Shown here: positions 26,721 to 35,978 of the stretch, one piece after another
Numbering within the stretch: position 1 is the first letter of the stretch
How the letters are laid out: each line of letters opens with the position of its first letter
Origin: an uncultured bacterium
GTDB taxonomy: Bacteria; UBP14; UBA6098; B30-G16
Assembly (NCBI GenBank): GCA_965552135.1
Contig: CBEVQY010000021.1
Location: forward strand, 1 to 50,567
DNA: 50,567 bases
Reading direction: 5' to 3'
Notes under the pieces: model-generated
What the model saw: only the letters and a program-made list of their open reading frames with translations
Database searches by the model: none
Told to the model about the DNA's origin: nothing
Made by a program: the position numbers and the translations under genes

Positions 26721-28040
26721 ATGAGGAAGCTTTTCGAGAGCATCTCCAATATCTGGAAGATTCCCGACCTGAGGAGGAAGGTCCTCTACACCCTTCTTTT
26801 CATAACGCTTTATCGCCTTGGGGGTCACATTCCCCTTCCCGGTGTGAACCTGAGGGCTTTGTCGGAGTATTTCCGCGGCGGCATGGCGGGTCCGCTGCAG
26901 ATGTACGACCTCTTCGTCGGCGGCGCCCTCCGAAGAGCTACCATCTTCGCGACAGGCATAATGCCCTACATCACCGCCTCGATCATACTTCAGCTCCTGG
27001 GTGCAGTTATACCCTACTTCCAACAGCTCCAGAAGATGGGCGAGGAGGGCAGGCGCAAGATAAACCAATACACCCGCTACGGCGCGCTCATAATCGCCGC
27101 GCTGCAGGGATGGGGCATGGTGATGTACCTGAGGGGTCTTGAGAGCTCTGTCGGTCCTGTGGTGGCGATCCCGAGCGGATGGTTCATCTTCATTGGCGTT
27201 CTTGCGCTCACAACGGGCGCAGCGATCATAATGTGGCTGGGGGAGCTTATAACCGAAAAGGGCATCGGCAACGGGATGTCGCTCCTCATCCTCGTTGGTA
27301 TAATTGCCCGCGTGCCAACGGCGGCAATACAGGAAGGCGTCCTTCTTGCCGAAGGCGGACGGAGCGTGGTGGAGGAGATCATAATCATCTGCTTCATAGT
27401 CCTCTTCACCATGGCGGCGATACTTCTGACGCAGGGTTCGAGGTACATCCCCGTTCAGTACGCGAGGCGCGTTGTGGGCAGGCGCGTCTACGGCGGACAG
27501 ACAACCCACCTGCCGCTGCGGATCAACGCAGCAGGCGTTATACCGATAATCTTCGCGCAGTCGGTTATGTTCCTCCCCCAAACCTTCGCCCGCGTCCTGC
27601 CCGAAGGCGCACTCGCTAACTTCCTGTCGGATATGTTCGGCTACTCGAGCTTCGTGTATAACCTCATCTACGCCGGGCTTATCGTCTTCTTCGCCTTCTT
27701 CTACACAGCCGTCATCTTCAACCCCGTTGACGTCGCCGAAAACCTGAAGAAATACGGCGGCTTCATCCCCGGAAGAAGACCGGGACCCCAAACGAGCGAA
27801 TACATAGACCGGATCCTAACGAGGGTGACGCTGCCCGGAGCCATTGGGCTTGCGCTTATTGCCATCCTGCCGGCGCTCCTTATAAGGACGACGAACTTCT
27901 CGTTCTGGTTCGGCGGGACGAGCTTGCTTATCATAGTCGGCGTTGTGCTTGACACACTTCAGCAGATCGAAACGCACCTTCTTATCCGCCACTACGACGG
28001 CTTCATGAAGAAGGGGAGAATCCGCGGAAGAAGATTTTAG
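26721..28040 (+). CDS. secY: Preprotein translocase subunit SecY
   Basis: IFATGIMPYITASIILQLL, GRRKINQYTRY, MWLGELITEKGIGNGMSL, AGVIPIIFA, NLKKYGGFIPGRRPG, FGGTSLLIIVGV. Confidence 0.98.
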   Translation: MRKLFESISNIWKIPDLRRKVLYTLLFITLYRLGGHIPLPGVNLRALSEYFRGGMAGPLQMYDLFVGGALRRATIFATGIMPYITASIILQLLGAVIPYFQQLQKMGEEGRRKINQYTRYGALIIAALQGWGMVMYLRGLESSVGPVVAIPSGWFIFIGVLALTTGAAIIMWLGELITEKGIGNGMSLLILVGIIARVPTAAIQEGVLLAEGGRSVVEEIIIICFIVLFTMAAILLTQGSRYIPVQYARRVVGRRVYGGQTTHLPLRINAAGVIPIIFAQSVMFLPQTFARVLPEGALANFLSDMFGYSSFVYNLIYAGLIVFFAFFYTAVIFNPVDVAENLKKYGGFIPGRRPGPQTSEYIDRILTRVTLPGAIGLALIAILPALLIRTTNFSFWFGGTSLLIIVGVVLDTLQQIETHLLIRHYDGFMKKGRIRGRRF

Positions 28041-28130
28041 CTTTGCGGAAGGCTCTTTGACCTACGGCGCTTGTTGCGGGAATTTTTTTGACTTTTGAGA
28101 GATATTTATATTGACAAGATGTGCGATAAG

Positions 28131-28793
28131 ATGTATATAATTTTTTTCGGTCCGCCCGGTGCGGGCAAAGGGACATATGCGGGGATATTAAGCGAGCGTC
28201 TTGGTCTTTTCGTGCTTGCGACGGGAGATCTTCTGCGCGAAGCCGTCGAGCGTGGCACCGAGCTCGGCAGGAAGGCTCAAAAGTACATGCTTGCCGGCGA
28301 GCTCGTGCCCGACGAGATCATAATGGGTGTGGTCGAAGAGGCGCTCAGAAGCAAAGACGCCGAAAGGGGCGTCATATTCGACGGCTTCCCGAGGACGATC
28401 AGGCAGGCCGAGATGCTCGATGCGCTCCTTGAGAAGATGGGACGTAAGGTTGACCTTGTTGTCGAGCTTTTGGCTTCGGACGAGCTTGTGGTGAGGCGCC
28501 TGAGCAGCAGGCGCGTTTGCCCGAAGTGCGGCAGAATCTACAACCTCGTGAGCAATCCGCCAAAGGTCGATGAGATCTGCGACTACGACGGGGCAAAGCT
28601 CATCCAGCGCGACGACGACAAGCCCGAAACGATCCTAAATCGGCTTGAGGTCTACCGCAGGCAGACAGCGCCGCTGCTTGGTTACTACAGGCGAAAGGAT
28701 GTCGCCTTCGTCACGCTCGACACAAGCGGCACCATCGACGAGGGCAAAGAGGAGCTTTTCTCGAAGCTGCGCGGTATGGGAATCGCCATTTGA
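28131..28793 (+). CDS. adk: Adenylate kinase with Zn-binding LID (start uncertain, 28119 or 28131)
   Basis: GPPGAGKGT, TGDLLR, GELVPD, FDGFPRT, LID CPKC..CDYD, QRDDD. Confidence 0.96.
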   Translation: MYIIFFGPPGAGKGTYAGILSERLGLFVLATGDLLREAVERGTELGRKAQKYMLAGELVPDEIIMGVVEEALRSKDAERGVIFDGFPRTIRQAEMLDALLEKMGRKVDLVVELLASDELVVRRLSSRRVCPKCGRIYNLVSNPPKVDEICDYDGAKLIQRDDDKPETILNRLEVYRRQTAPLLGYYRRKDVAFVTLDTSGTIDEGKEELFSKLRGMGIAI

Positions 28794-28816
28794 CGGGGGC
28801 ATTGAGAGGTGATTGA

Positions 28817-29617
28817 ATGATAATCCGCAAGACGCCTGAGCAGATAGAGGGTATAAGACTTGCGGGCATGGTTGTTGCGGAGGCGATAGCCGCTATGGCT
28901 CGCGCGGCGGAACCTGGCATCACAACGGCGCAGCTGCAGGAGGAAGCGATTAGGGTCTTTGAAAAGTTTGGCGCCAAGTCGGCGTTCTTCGGCTACAGAC
29001 CCTCCCGCGGGATGCCGGCTTATCCGGCGTACGTCTGCATATCGGTAAACGACGAGATCGTCCACGGCATTCCCGGGGAGCGGGTTGTGGAGCCCGGTGA
29101 TCTTGTCAGCGTCGACGTTGGCGTGCGCCGCGAGGGATTCGTCGGCGACGCAGCCGCAACCTTCGTCATCGAAGGCGCAAGCAAGAGAGCCAAAAGGCTT
29201 GCGTGGGCAACATACAGGGCGCTGCACGAGGGGATCGCGCAGGCGAGGGCGGGAAACCGCGTGTCCGACATATCCCGCGCGGTCCAGAGGTTCGTTGAAA
29301 ACAGCGGGTATTCGGTGGTAAGGGACCTCGTCGGACACGGCGTTGGACTGCAACTGCACGAAGAGCCCCAGGTGCCCAATTTCGTCGACTACTCCAGAGA
29401 CGCGGTGCTCGAGGAGGGTGTTACGATAGCGATCGAGCCTATGGTCTGCGAGTTCGACTACAGGACGAGGACCGACGCCGACGGCTGGACCGTTCGAACC
29501 GCGGACGGCGGTCTTGCCGCTCACTTCGAACACACCGTCGCGGTGACGAAGGAGGGACCACGAATACTCACCCTCCTGCCCGACGGAAGCGAACCTTACG
29601 TTCCGCCCAGACCTTAG
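28817..29617 (+). CDS. map: Methionine aminopeptidase type I
   Basis: [47 protein letters not shown]. Confidence 0.97.
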   Translation: MIIRKTPEQIEGIRLAGMVVAEAIAAMARAAEPGITTAQLQEEAIRVFEKFGAKSAFFGYRPSRGMPAYPAYVCISVNDEIVHGIPGERVVEPGDLVSVDVGVRREGFVGDAAATFVIEGASKRAKRLAWATYRALHEGIAQARAGNRVSDISRAVQRFVENSGYSVVRDLVGHGVGLQLHEEPQVPNFVDYSRDAVLEEGVTIAIEPMVCEFDYRTRTDADGWTVRTADGGLAAHFEHTVAVTKEGPRILTLLPDGSEPYVPPRP

Positions 29618-29630
29618 TCGGAGCGAAGCT

Positions 29631-29852
29631 ATGGCAAGAAGGAGGGACACAATACAGGTGGAGGGCGTAGTTGAGGAGGCGCTGCCCAACACAACCTTCA
29701 GGGTGCGCCTCGACAACGGACACGTCGTCCTTGCGTACGTCTCGGGAAGGATGCGAAAGAACTACATCCGCATCCTCCCGGGCGACAGAGTCACCGTGGA
29801 ACTTACACCCTACGACTTGACAAGGGGCAGGATTATCTATAGATACAAGTGA
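29631..29852 (+). CDS. infA: Translation initiation factor IF-1
   Basis: [52 protein letters not shown]. Confidence 0.98.
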   Translation: MARRRDTIQVEGVVEEALPNTTFRVRLDNGHVVLAYVSGRMRKNYIRILPGDRVTVELTPYDLTRGRIIYRYK

Positions 29853-29874
29853 AAACAAGCCGGAGGTTTTGGAG

Positions 29875-29988
29875 ATGAAGGTTCGTGCGTCGGTAAAGAA
29901 GATCTGCAACAAGTGCAGGATAATAAGGCGCAAGGGTGTTGTTCGAGTGATCTGCGAGAACCCGCGCCACAAGCAGCGCCAAGGCTGA
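29875..29988 (+). CDS. rpmJ: 50S ribosomal protein L36 (too short for the ORF track)
   Basis: Read by hand: [44 protein letters not shown]. Confidence 0.97.
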   Translation: MKVRASVKKICNKCRIIRRKGVVRVICENPRHKQRQG

Positions 29989-30016
29989 CGGGCGCTCCAA
30001 GCGGAGGTGAGCCGAT

Positions 30017-30394
30017 ATGGCACGAATAGCCGGCGTTGATCTTCCCAAGAACAAGCGCATCGACGTTGCCTTGACCTACATCTACGGCATCGGCTGGACG
30101 CGCTCCCGCTTCATCCTGGCGCACACAGGCGTCGACCCATCAAAGCGCGTCCACGAGCTTACGGACGAGGAGATAGCCAAACTCCGCCAGTTTATCGACG
30201 AGAACTTCAAGGTCGAAGGTGCGCTTCGCGCCGAGGTCGCAAACAACATAAAGCGCCTCATCGACATAAAGTGCTGGCGCGGTTTGAGGCACAAAGCTGG
30301 TTTGCCCGTGCGAGGTCAACGCACACGCGATAACGCCAGAACCCGAAAGGGTCCCAGACCTCGCATCGGCGGAAGGAAGAAGTCGAAGGGATAA
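30017..30394 (+). CDS. rpsM: 30S ribosomal protein S13
   Basis: [43 protein letters not shown]. Confidence 0.98.
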   Translation: MARIAGVDLPKNKRIDVALTYIYGIGWTRSRFILAHTGVDPSKRVHELTDEEIAKLRQFIDENFKVEGALRAEVANNIKRLIDIKCWRGLRHKAGLPVRGQRTRDNARTRKGPRPRIGGRKKSKG

Positions 30395-30407
30395 GGAGGG
30401 TTAAAAG

Positions 30408-30794
30408 TTGGCACGCAGACGGGTACAAAGACGGGTCAAGAAGGTTGCGCCTGAGTTCGGCATCGCTCACATACACTCAACGTTCAACAACACCATAGTC
30501 ACGATAACCGACGAGGCCGGCAACGTGATAGCCTGGTCTTCGGGCGGTCGGGTTGGCTTCAAGGGCACGAAGAAGTCAACTCCCTATGCCGCCCAGCTTG
30601 CCGCCCGAAGCGCCGCCCAGGAAGCATACGCCGCAGGTATGCGCAGGGTCGAGGTCTGGACAAAAGGACCGGGTCCGGGAAGGGAGGCGGCAATACGCTC
30701 CCTGCCAACAGGCGGTCTCCAGGTGGTCAGGATCAAAGACATCACACCCACACCCTTCGGCGGGTGTAGACCTAAAAAGAAACGGAGAGTATAA
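30408..30794 (+). CDS. rpsK: 30S ribosomal protein S11
   Basis: [51 protein letters not shown]. Confidence 0.98.
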   Translation: MARRRVQRRVKKVAPEFGIAHIHSTFNNTIVTITDEAGNVIAWSSGGRVGFKGTKKSTPYAAQLAARSAAQEAYAAGMRRVEVWTKGPGPGREAAIRSLPTGGLQVVRIKDITPTPFGGCRPKKKRRV

Positions 30795-30813
30795 ACGCGA
30801 GGTGGGATAAACT

Positions 30814-31449
30814 ATGGGAAGATATATAGGACCAGTCTGCAGGCTTTGTCGGAGGGAGAACGAGAAACTCTACCTGAAAGGCGAGCGCTGTTACACCGAC
30901 AAGTGCGCCTTTGTCAGGCGCCCCACTCTGCCCGGTCAACGGGGCAAGTTCGGTCAGCCCGCACGACAGAAGATCAAGGACTACGGAATTCGCCTCCGCG
31001 AAAAGCAGAAGATAAAGACGTATTATGGAGTTCTGGAGCGTCAGTTCAGAAGATACTTTAAGATGGCGCAAAAGATGCCTGGAAGAACGGGCGAGAACCT
31101 CCTTCAGATCCTCGAGCGCCGTCTCGACAACATAGTCTACAGGCTTGGCTTTGCGCCTTCGAGGCGGGCGGCAAGGCAGCTTGTTCGGCACGGTCACTTC
31201 CGCGTGAACGGCAGAAAGGTCGACATCCCAAGCTACCTCCTAAAGCCCGGTGACGTCGTTCAGGTGGCTGAAAAGAGCAAAAAGCTCGACATAATCCACG
31301 AGATGCTCAAGAAGCGCCGCGTCCGCGAACTGCCGTGGCTGCAGCTCGACAAAGCACACCTTGAGGGAAAGCTGCTTGCAATACCCTCGAGGGATGAGAT
31401 CCCCGTGAAGTTCAACGAAAACCTCGTCGTCGAGTTCTATTCGAGGTAA
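30814..31449 (+). CDS. rpsD: 30S ribosomal protein S4 (Zn-ribbon type)
   Basis: MGRYIGPVCRLCRRE..KL.LKGERC...KC, LREKQK, LERRLDNIVYRLGFA..R..ARQLV.HGH, LVVEFYSR. Confidence 0.98.
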   Translation: MGRYIGPVCRLCRRENEKLYLKGERCYTDKCAFVRRPTLPGQRGKFGQPARQKIKDYGIRLREKQKIKTYYGVLERQFRRYFKMAQKMPGRTGENLLQILERRLDNIVYRLGFAPSRRAARQLVRHGHFRVNGRKVDIPSYLLKPGDVVQVAEKSKKLDIIHEMLKKRRVRELPWLQLDKAHLEGKLLAIPSRDEIPVKFNENLVVEFYSR

Positions 31450-31474
31450 CGACAATCGAAAGGAGTTATCGCCT

Positions 31475-32506
31475 ATGAAGTGGAAGGCGATGCAGATGCC
31501 CGAGGAGCTCGTTGAGGATCCCGAGACTAAATCGAATCCAACGTTCGGGCGGTTTATAGTTGAGCCTCTGGAGAAGGGTTACGGCGTCACCATAGGCAAC
31601 GCCCTCCGCAGGGTTATTCTCTCCTCCATGCAGGGCGCCGCCATAACCGCAGTGAGGATCGAGGGGGTGCTGCACGAGTTCTCCGCGATCCCCGGCGTCT
31701 ACGAAGACGTCCCCGAGATCATACTCAACCTAAAGGGTGTTCGCTTCAAGGTTCACTCCGATTTCCCCAAGCCCGTGCGGCTCGATGTCGAGAAGGAGGG
31801 CGAGGTCGTTGCGGGGGATATCCAGACGCCGCCGGGGATAGAGGTGCTTAACCCCGACCATCACATCTGCACCATAACCGAGAAGCGCCGCCTCGTGATG
31901 GAGATGGAGCTTGGCGTCGGCAAGGGCTTCTCCGAGGCGGAGGAGCACAGGGATCCCAACGCCCCAATAGGCACCATAGCCGTCACGGCGATCTTTTCGC
32001 CGATAAGGAAGGTCAACTTCATAGTCGAGCCTTCGCGCGTGGGTCAGAGGACCGACTACGACAGGTTGATCCTCGAGATCGCCACCGACGGCAGCATAAC
32101 GCCCCGCGAAGCCCTCGCTATGGCAGCCAAGCTCCTTATCGACCACTTCTCGCTGTTCCTTCACCCTGAGGTCAAGCTCGAGCAGGTGGAGGAGGAGACT
32201 CTGGACGAGGAGACCCAACGCATCAAGGCGCTGCTTCAGCTTCCCGTCGATGAGCTCGAGCTTTCGGTGCGCGCGAGCAACTGCCTGCGGAACGCAAAGA
32301 TAAAATTCCTCGCCGACCTCGTGTCGAAGACCGAGCAGGAAATGCTCAAGTTCCGCAACTTCGGGCGAAAATCCCTCCAGGAGCTGCAGACAGTTTTGGG
32401 GAAACTTGGGCTTTCGTTCGGGATGGATGTGTCCAAGTACCTGAGCAAAGAGGAGCTTGAGGCGCTGCACAGAGCCGCGGCAGAGAAGGAGGCGAAGAAA
32501 AGGTAG
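31475..32506 (+). CDS. rpoA: RNA polymerase alpha subunit
   Basis: EPLEKGYGVTIGNALRRVILSS, GVLHEFS.IPGV.EDV, RVGQRTDYDRL, LELSVRASNCL, NFGRKSL.E. Confidence 0.98.
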   Translation: MKWKAMQMPEELVEDPETKSNPTFGRFIVEPLEKGYGVTIGNALRRVILSSMQGAAITAVRIEGVLHEFSAIPGVYEDVPEIILNLKGVRFKVHSDFPKPVRLDVEKEGEVVAGDIQTPPGIEVLNPDHHICTITEKRRLVMEMELGVGKGFSEAEEHRDPNAPIGTIAVTAIFSPIRKVNFIVEPSRVGQRTDYDRLILEIATDGSITPREALAMAAKLLIDHFSLFLHPEVKLEQVEEETLDEETQRIKALLQLPVDELELSVRASNCLRNAKIKFLADLVSKTEQEMLKFRNFGRKSLQELQTVLGKLGLSFGMDVSKYLSKEELEALHRAAAEKEAKKR

Positions 32507-32521
32507 GAAGGAGCTTCGGTT

Positions 32522-33208
32522 ATGCGTCATCGCAAGAAGGTAAAAAAGCTTTGTCGCCCCGCCGACCACAGGAGGGCGATGCTGCGCAACATGGTCACCT
32601 CCCTCTTCGCCCACCACACCATAACCACGACCGTTGCGAAGGCGAAGGCTGCCAGGCAGGTGGCGGAGCGGCTGATAAGATACGCCATCTCGGGCACCCT
32701 CGCCGACAAGCGCAGGATCATCACCTACCTTAGGGACCGCCGTGTGGCGCACGATCTCATCCGTCTTGGTCGCGAGAAGTTCGCTGATCGTCCGCGCGGG
32801 GGCTATACCGCTGTGTACAGGCTTGGTCCGCGCAAGGGCGACGGCGCGCAGATGGCTATCCTGAAGCTTTTGGTCGAGCCCTTGGAGCGCAAGAGGAGGC
32901 GTCGCCGCGCCGCCGCGGAGGCGCCGGAGGTGATCGAGGCGGTCGAAGCCGCTCCCGCTCAGAAGCCTCAGGAAGCCCCTGTGCAGGAGGCAGCCGAGGC
33001 GCAGCAGCCTCCGGCAGAGCCCACCGCCGAACAGCCCGAGCCCGAGGTCGCCGCAGAGGAACCCGAGCCGCAGGCGCAGCCCGAGGAGGAAGTCCCCGAG
33101 GAAGCGCCCGAGGAGAAAGCTTGTGGCGAGGAGGAGAGCGAGGTAAGCGAAGGGGAGAGCGAGGCGCAGGAAGAGGAGAAGAAGGAGAGCGAGGGCGGCG
33201 AGGGATAA
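32522..33208 (+). CDS. rplQ: 50S ribosomal protein L17 with long acidic C-terminal extension
   Basis: MRHR....KL.R...HR.AMLRN...SL, I.TT..KAK, R.GGYT, R.GDGA.MA, followed by ~100 aa of E/A/P/Q-rich tail. Confidence 0.96.
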   Translation: MRHRKKVKKLCRPADHRRAMLRNMVTSLFAHHTITTTVAKAKAARQVAERLIRYAISGTLADKRRIITYLRDRRVAHDLIRLGREKFADRPRGGYTAVYRLGPRKGDGAQMAILKLLVEPLERKRRRRRAAAEAPEVIEAVEAAPAQKPQEAPVQEAAEAQQPPAEPTAEQPEPEVAAEEPEPQAQPEEEVPEEAPEEKACGEEESEVSEGESEAQEEEKKESEGGEG

Positions 33209-33324
33209 TGCGGGCGTCCGGCGCCTGCAATGGCATGCCCCGGTTTCGAAGAGGTGTTTGGCTCGCTGTGATGGAGGGTGCGGGCGCTTGAGATATGCGG
33301 TTGCGCTTGGCGTAAGCCAGCGGG

Positions 33325-33696
33325 ATGGGGTGCAGAAGCGGAAAAATCAAGCTTGTCGCCGTCGTGTTGGTTGTCCTTGCCGCGGCGGTAGGTGGGTACT
33401 TTGCCGTTCGCGGCGTCGCGGAGATGGGCAGGCGGAGAGCGAGGGAGAGATTTGCGTCCCTTTTGGCTCAGTCGCGGGAGAGGTTTTTGAGCATGCTCCC
33501 CGAGGGCTACGATAGGTCCAAGGCGACCGCGGCTTTCGACAACTTCTTTCGCGCCGCGCAGGCGCAGAAGCTGCGCAGAAGCATTGTCCTGAAGCAGCTT
33601 GCGCCCTACCTCGCGCAGGCGATCCGCGACGGCAGGCTCACCCGCCAGGAAGCCGACTCCGTCCTGACGCTTATGCGCCGCGCCGTCAAACCCTGA
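33325..33696 (+). CDS. Hypothetical single-TM helical protein
   Basis: N-terminal TM (LVAVVLVVLAAAVGGYFAV) and an amphipathic helical remainder. It fills the gap after rplQ. Confidence 0.55.
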   Translation: MGCRSGKIKLVAVVLVVLAAAVGGYFAVRGVAEMGRRRARERFASLLAQSRERFLSMLPEGYDRSKATAAFDNFFRAAQAQKLRRSIVLKQLAPYLAQAIRDGRLTRQEADSVLTLMRRAVKP

Positions 33697-33837
33697 GGAG
33701 TTGCGTGGGCGCGTCGAGCGCCTTCCTGGTCCGTGGACGGTTCGTGGGTGCTTGGTCGATCCTTCTGTTCCAGGTGACCGTCTTTCTCCGGGTTCGCCGG
33801 GGCGCTCGCCTTCCGTTCCGGGCGATGTGTGGGCTTC

Positions 33838-34836
33838 TCATCCCGCTGTGAGGAGCTTTTGCACCTTCCCAAGCGCCCAAACCACGGCGGTCTTTGGATC
33901 AGCCGACGTCTTCAGCATCATATCCGCGTCGTGGAGTGCTGCGAGAGCCGCAAGCAGCGCCTCGGGCTTCAGGCGCCTTGCCTGCGGGAGCATGCGCTTT
34001 GCCAGAAAAGCCCTCCGTCCAAAGCGCCTTTGGATGTTTTGGGGCTCAAGCCTCACCCACAAAAGGTCGTAGATGGTGCGCCCAAGCCAGTTCAAAAGGA
34101 CGCTCGGGTTTTCGCCGAAGTCGAGGAGTCCGGCGGCGAGCCTTGTCGCGCCTTCGAAGTCGAGGGCGGCGACGGCGTTGGCGAACTGGAAGATGTGCGC
34201 CGAGCGGCTGTGCGCCACGGCGGAGCGAACGTCCGAAAGCTCTATCACATCCCCGCGGACGAAGTCGATGAGCTTGTTAACCTCCTCCCGCACCGCGGCA
34301 AGCGAAACGCCCGCAAGCCTGATGAGCTCCTGCGCCGCAGAAGGCGATATCCGCTTGCCGCTGCGGCGAACAAAGTAGAGAACCCACGCCAAAAGCTCCC
34401 CCTCGTTCGGCGTGGAAAGCTCCACAAGCTCAAAGAGCTCCTCGATCTTCTTGCCCTCCTTGCGGGATGTGTCGAGCGCCTCAGCCTCGACGACCAACAC
34501 CGCCGTCTCGGGGAAGCGTATGCCCGAAAGACCGTCTATAACGCTTCTTTCCACGGGGCGGGTCTGGTTGAAGTTTCGGAGGACGACGACGCGCCTGTCT
34601 CCCATCATGGGCAGCATAAGGAGCGAGTCGAAGATTTTTTTGTGGGCGTCGGAGCCGCGAAGCTCGTTCATCCAGAAGATGTCGAGGTTGAAGTCCTCCA
34701 AGCCCTCGATCGGTCGCCTGAAAGCCTTTATAAGCCCGTCCTTAAGCAGCGCTGCGTCGCCGTAGATGAAGACCCTTGCGGGCGGCGCAACCCCGCAGAA
34801 CCTCCGGAACAGTGCGCTGTACTCCTTTGGCGTCAC
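33838..34836 (-). CDS. holA: DNA polymerase III delta subunit
   Basis: GTG start overlaps the thyX TGA. Motifs FIYGD..L, DFNLDIF, LPMMGDRRVVVL, I...AA..L....G..L.....E..KL, IFQFANAV and L...D..LKTS. Confidence 0.85.
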   Translation of the reverse strand: MTPKEYSALFRRFCGVAPPARVFIYGDAALLKDGLIKAFRRPIEGLEDFNLDIFWMNELRGSDAHKKIFDSLLMLPMMGDRRVVVLRNFNQTRPVERSVIDGLSGIRFPETAVLVVEAEALDTSRKEGKKIEELFELVELSTPNEGELLAWVLYFVRRSGKRISPSAAQELIRLAGVSLAAVREEVNKLIDFVRGDVIELSDVRSAVAHSRSAHIFQFANAVAALDFEGATRLAAGLLDFGENPSVLLNWLGRTIYDLLWVRLEPQNIQRRFGRRAFLAKRMLPQARRLKPEALLAALAALHDADMMLKTSADPKTAVVWALGKVQKLLTAG

Positions 34837-35534
34837 TTGCCCAAAACCTCCTGTCGCGGCGGCATAAGTCCGCAGGACCTGTGCTCCGGACAGTAGCCGA
34901 GGACAACGCACTTGGGCTGAAGATACTCCGCAAGCCCGCGAAGCTCGGGAACCCCCTTTATCTCGCCCTTCACGCGCCAGAAAAGCTCCCTTATCTCCCA
35001 CTGCGCCCTCGCGCAGAGCCTGATCTGGCAGACCTGATAAAGCTCGCGGAAGTTCATGCTCATAACGATGTTGGTTTTCGTTGCGTTGGGGAGGACGAAC
35101 CGGGCGTCCTCGCGGGGGATGCCAAGCGACATAAGCTCCTCATAAGCCCTCTTTGCCGCATCGATAGATTTTTCAAAGAGCCTTAGCGCCTCGGGGTTGT
35201 CCTTTATGCTTGGCGGCGTGACGAATGCGTCGTCGCCTGCCGCAACGTACCGCTGCGACTGCTGAGAGAAGCTCGCTATCCTGTGCCGAACGAGCTGGTG
35301 TGAGCAAGCGCGGGAGATGCCCTCAACGGCGAAGGTGAAGGTTATGTGCTCGAGGACGGACAGGTGTCCCGAGGCGATGACGCGATCGATTAGGGAGTGC
35401 ATCCTTTCGCTTTTTTCGCTCGACGATGCGGCGTTCCAGATCTCTGTGGGACCGTCGCTTGAGTAGCAGGTCCTGGCCGCTGTGAAGACGGTCTCGATGG
35501 GCTTTGGCGTGTAGTTGATCAGGGTGACCCTCAT
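34833..35534 (-). CDS. thyX: FAD-dependent thymidylate synthase
   Basis: GHLSVLEH, EGISRACSHQLVRHRIASFSQQSQRY (ThyX motif), EDARFVLP, N.REL, R....AQWEIR. Confidence 0.96.
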   Translation of the reverse strand: MRVTLINYTPKPIETVFTAARTCYSSDGPTEIWNAASSSEKSERMHSLIDRVIASGHLSVLEHITFTFAVEGISRACSHQLVRHRIASFSQQSQRYVAAGDDAFVTPPSIKDNPEALRLFEKSIDAAKRAYEELMSLGIPREDARFVLPNATKTNIVMSMNFRELYQVCQIRLCARAQWEIRELFWRVKGEIKGVPELRGLAEYLQPKCVVLGYCPEHRSCGLMPPRQEVLGK

Positions 35535-35610
35535 GGCGCGCAAAACGAAGAGGGCAGACGCAAAAAGCCTGCCCTCACGCTGCACAACGCCCTCTCATGG
35601 CGGAGCAAAT

Positions 35611-35862
35611 CTACTTCTTTTTCTTCTTGCCCTTGTACCTGAAGATAGCCTCGCGGCTCGACTCCTTGATGCCGTACTTCTTCATAAACCGCTCGACCCT
35701 TCCGGCTGTGTCGACTATCTTCTGCTTGCCCGTATAGAACGGGTGGCAGGCGGAGCAGATCTCAACGCGAAGCTCCTTCTTCGTCGAGCCGACGTACCAC
35801 GTGTTCCCGCAGGCACAGGTAACCTTCGCTATGTAGTACTCCGGATGTATCCCCTTTTTCAT
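35611..35862 (-). CDS. rpmE: 50S ribosomal protein L31 (Zn-binding type)
   Basis: MKKGIHPEY...VTCACGN...[39 protein letters not shown] on the minus strand at 35910-35905. Confidence 0.97.
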   Translation of the reverse strand: MKKGIHPEYYIAKVTCACGNTWYVGSTKKELRVEICSACHPFYTGKQKIVDTAGRVERFMKKYGIKESSREAIFRYKGKKKKK

Positions 35863-35978
35863 CCTCCACCTCCTCGCAAACCAAATAACGACGCGGATGC
35901 CCTTTGTCAAGGGTTTTCCGCAGCGCTTTGGTCGAAAGTGCTTGGCACATCGGATAAACGAAGATAAATTTTTGCGAA

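Noticed and set aside
34837..35001. N-terminal extensions given by the ORF track (holA here; also rpmE, rplE, rplO, tgt and the 376-aa gene)
   Set aside because: They overlap neighbouring genes or promoters. Downstream starts match family N-termini and in most cases have SDs or coupled stop/start codons.
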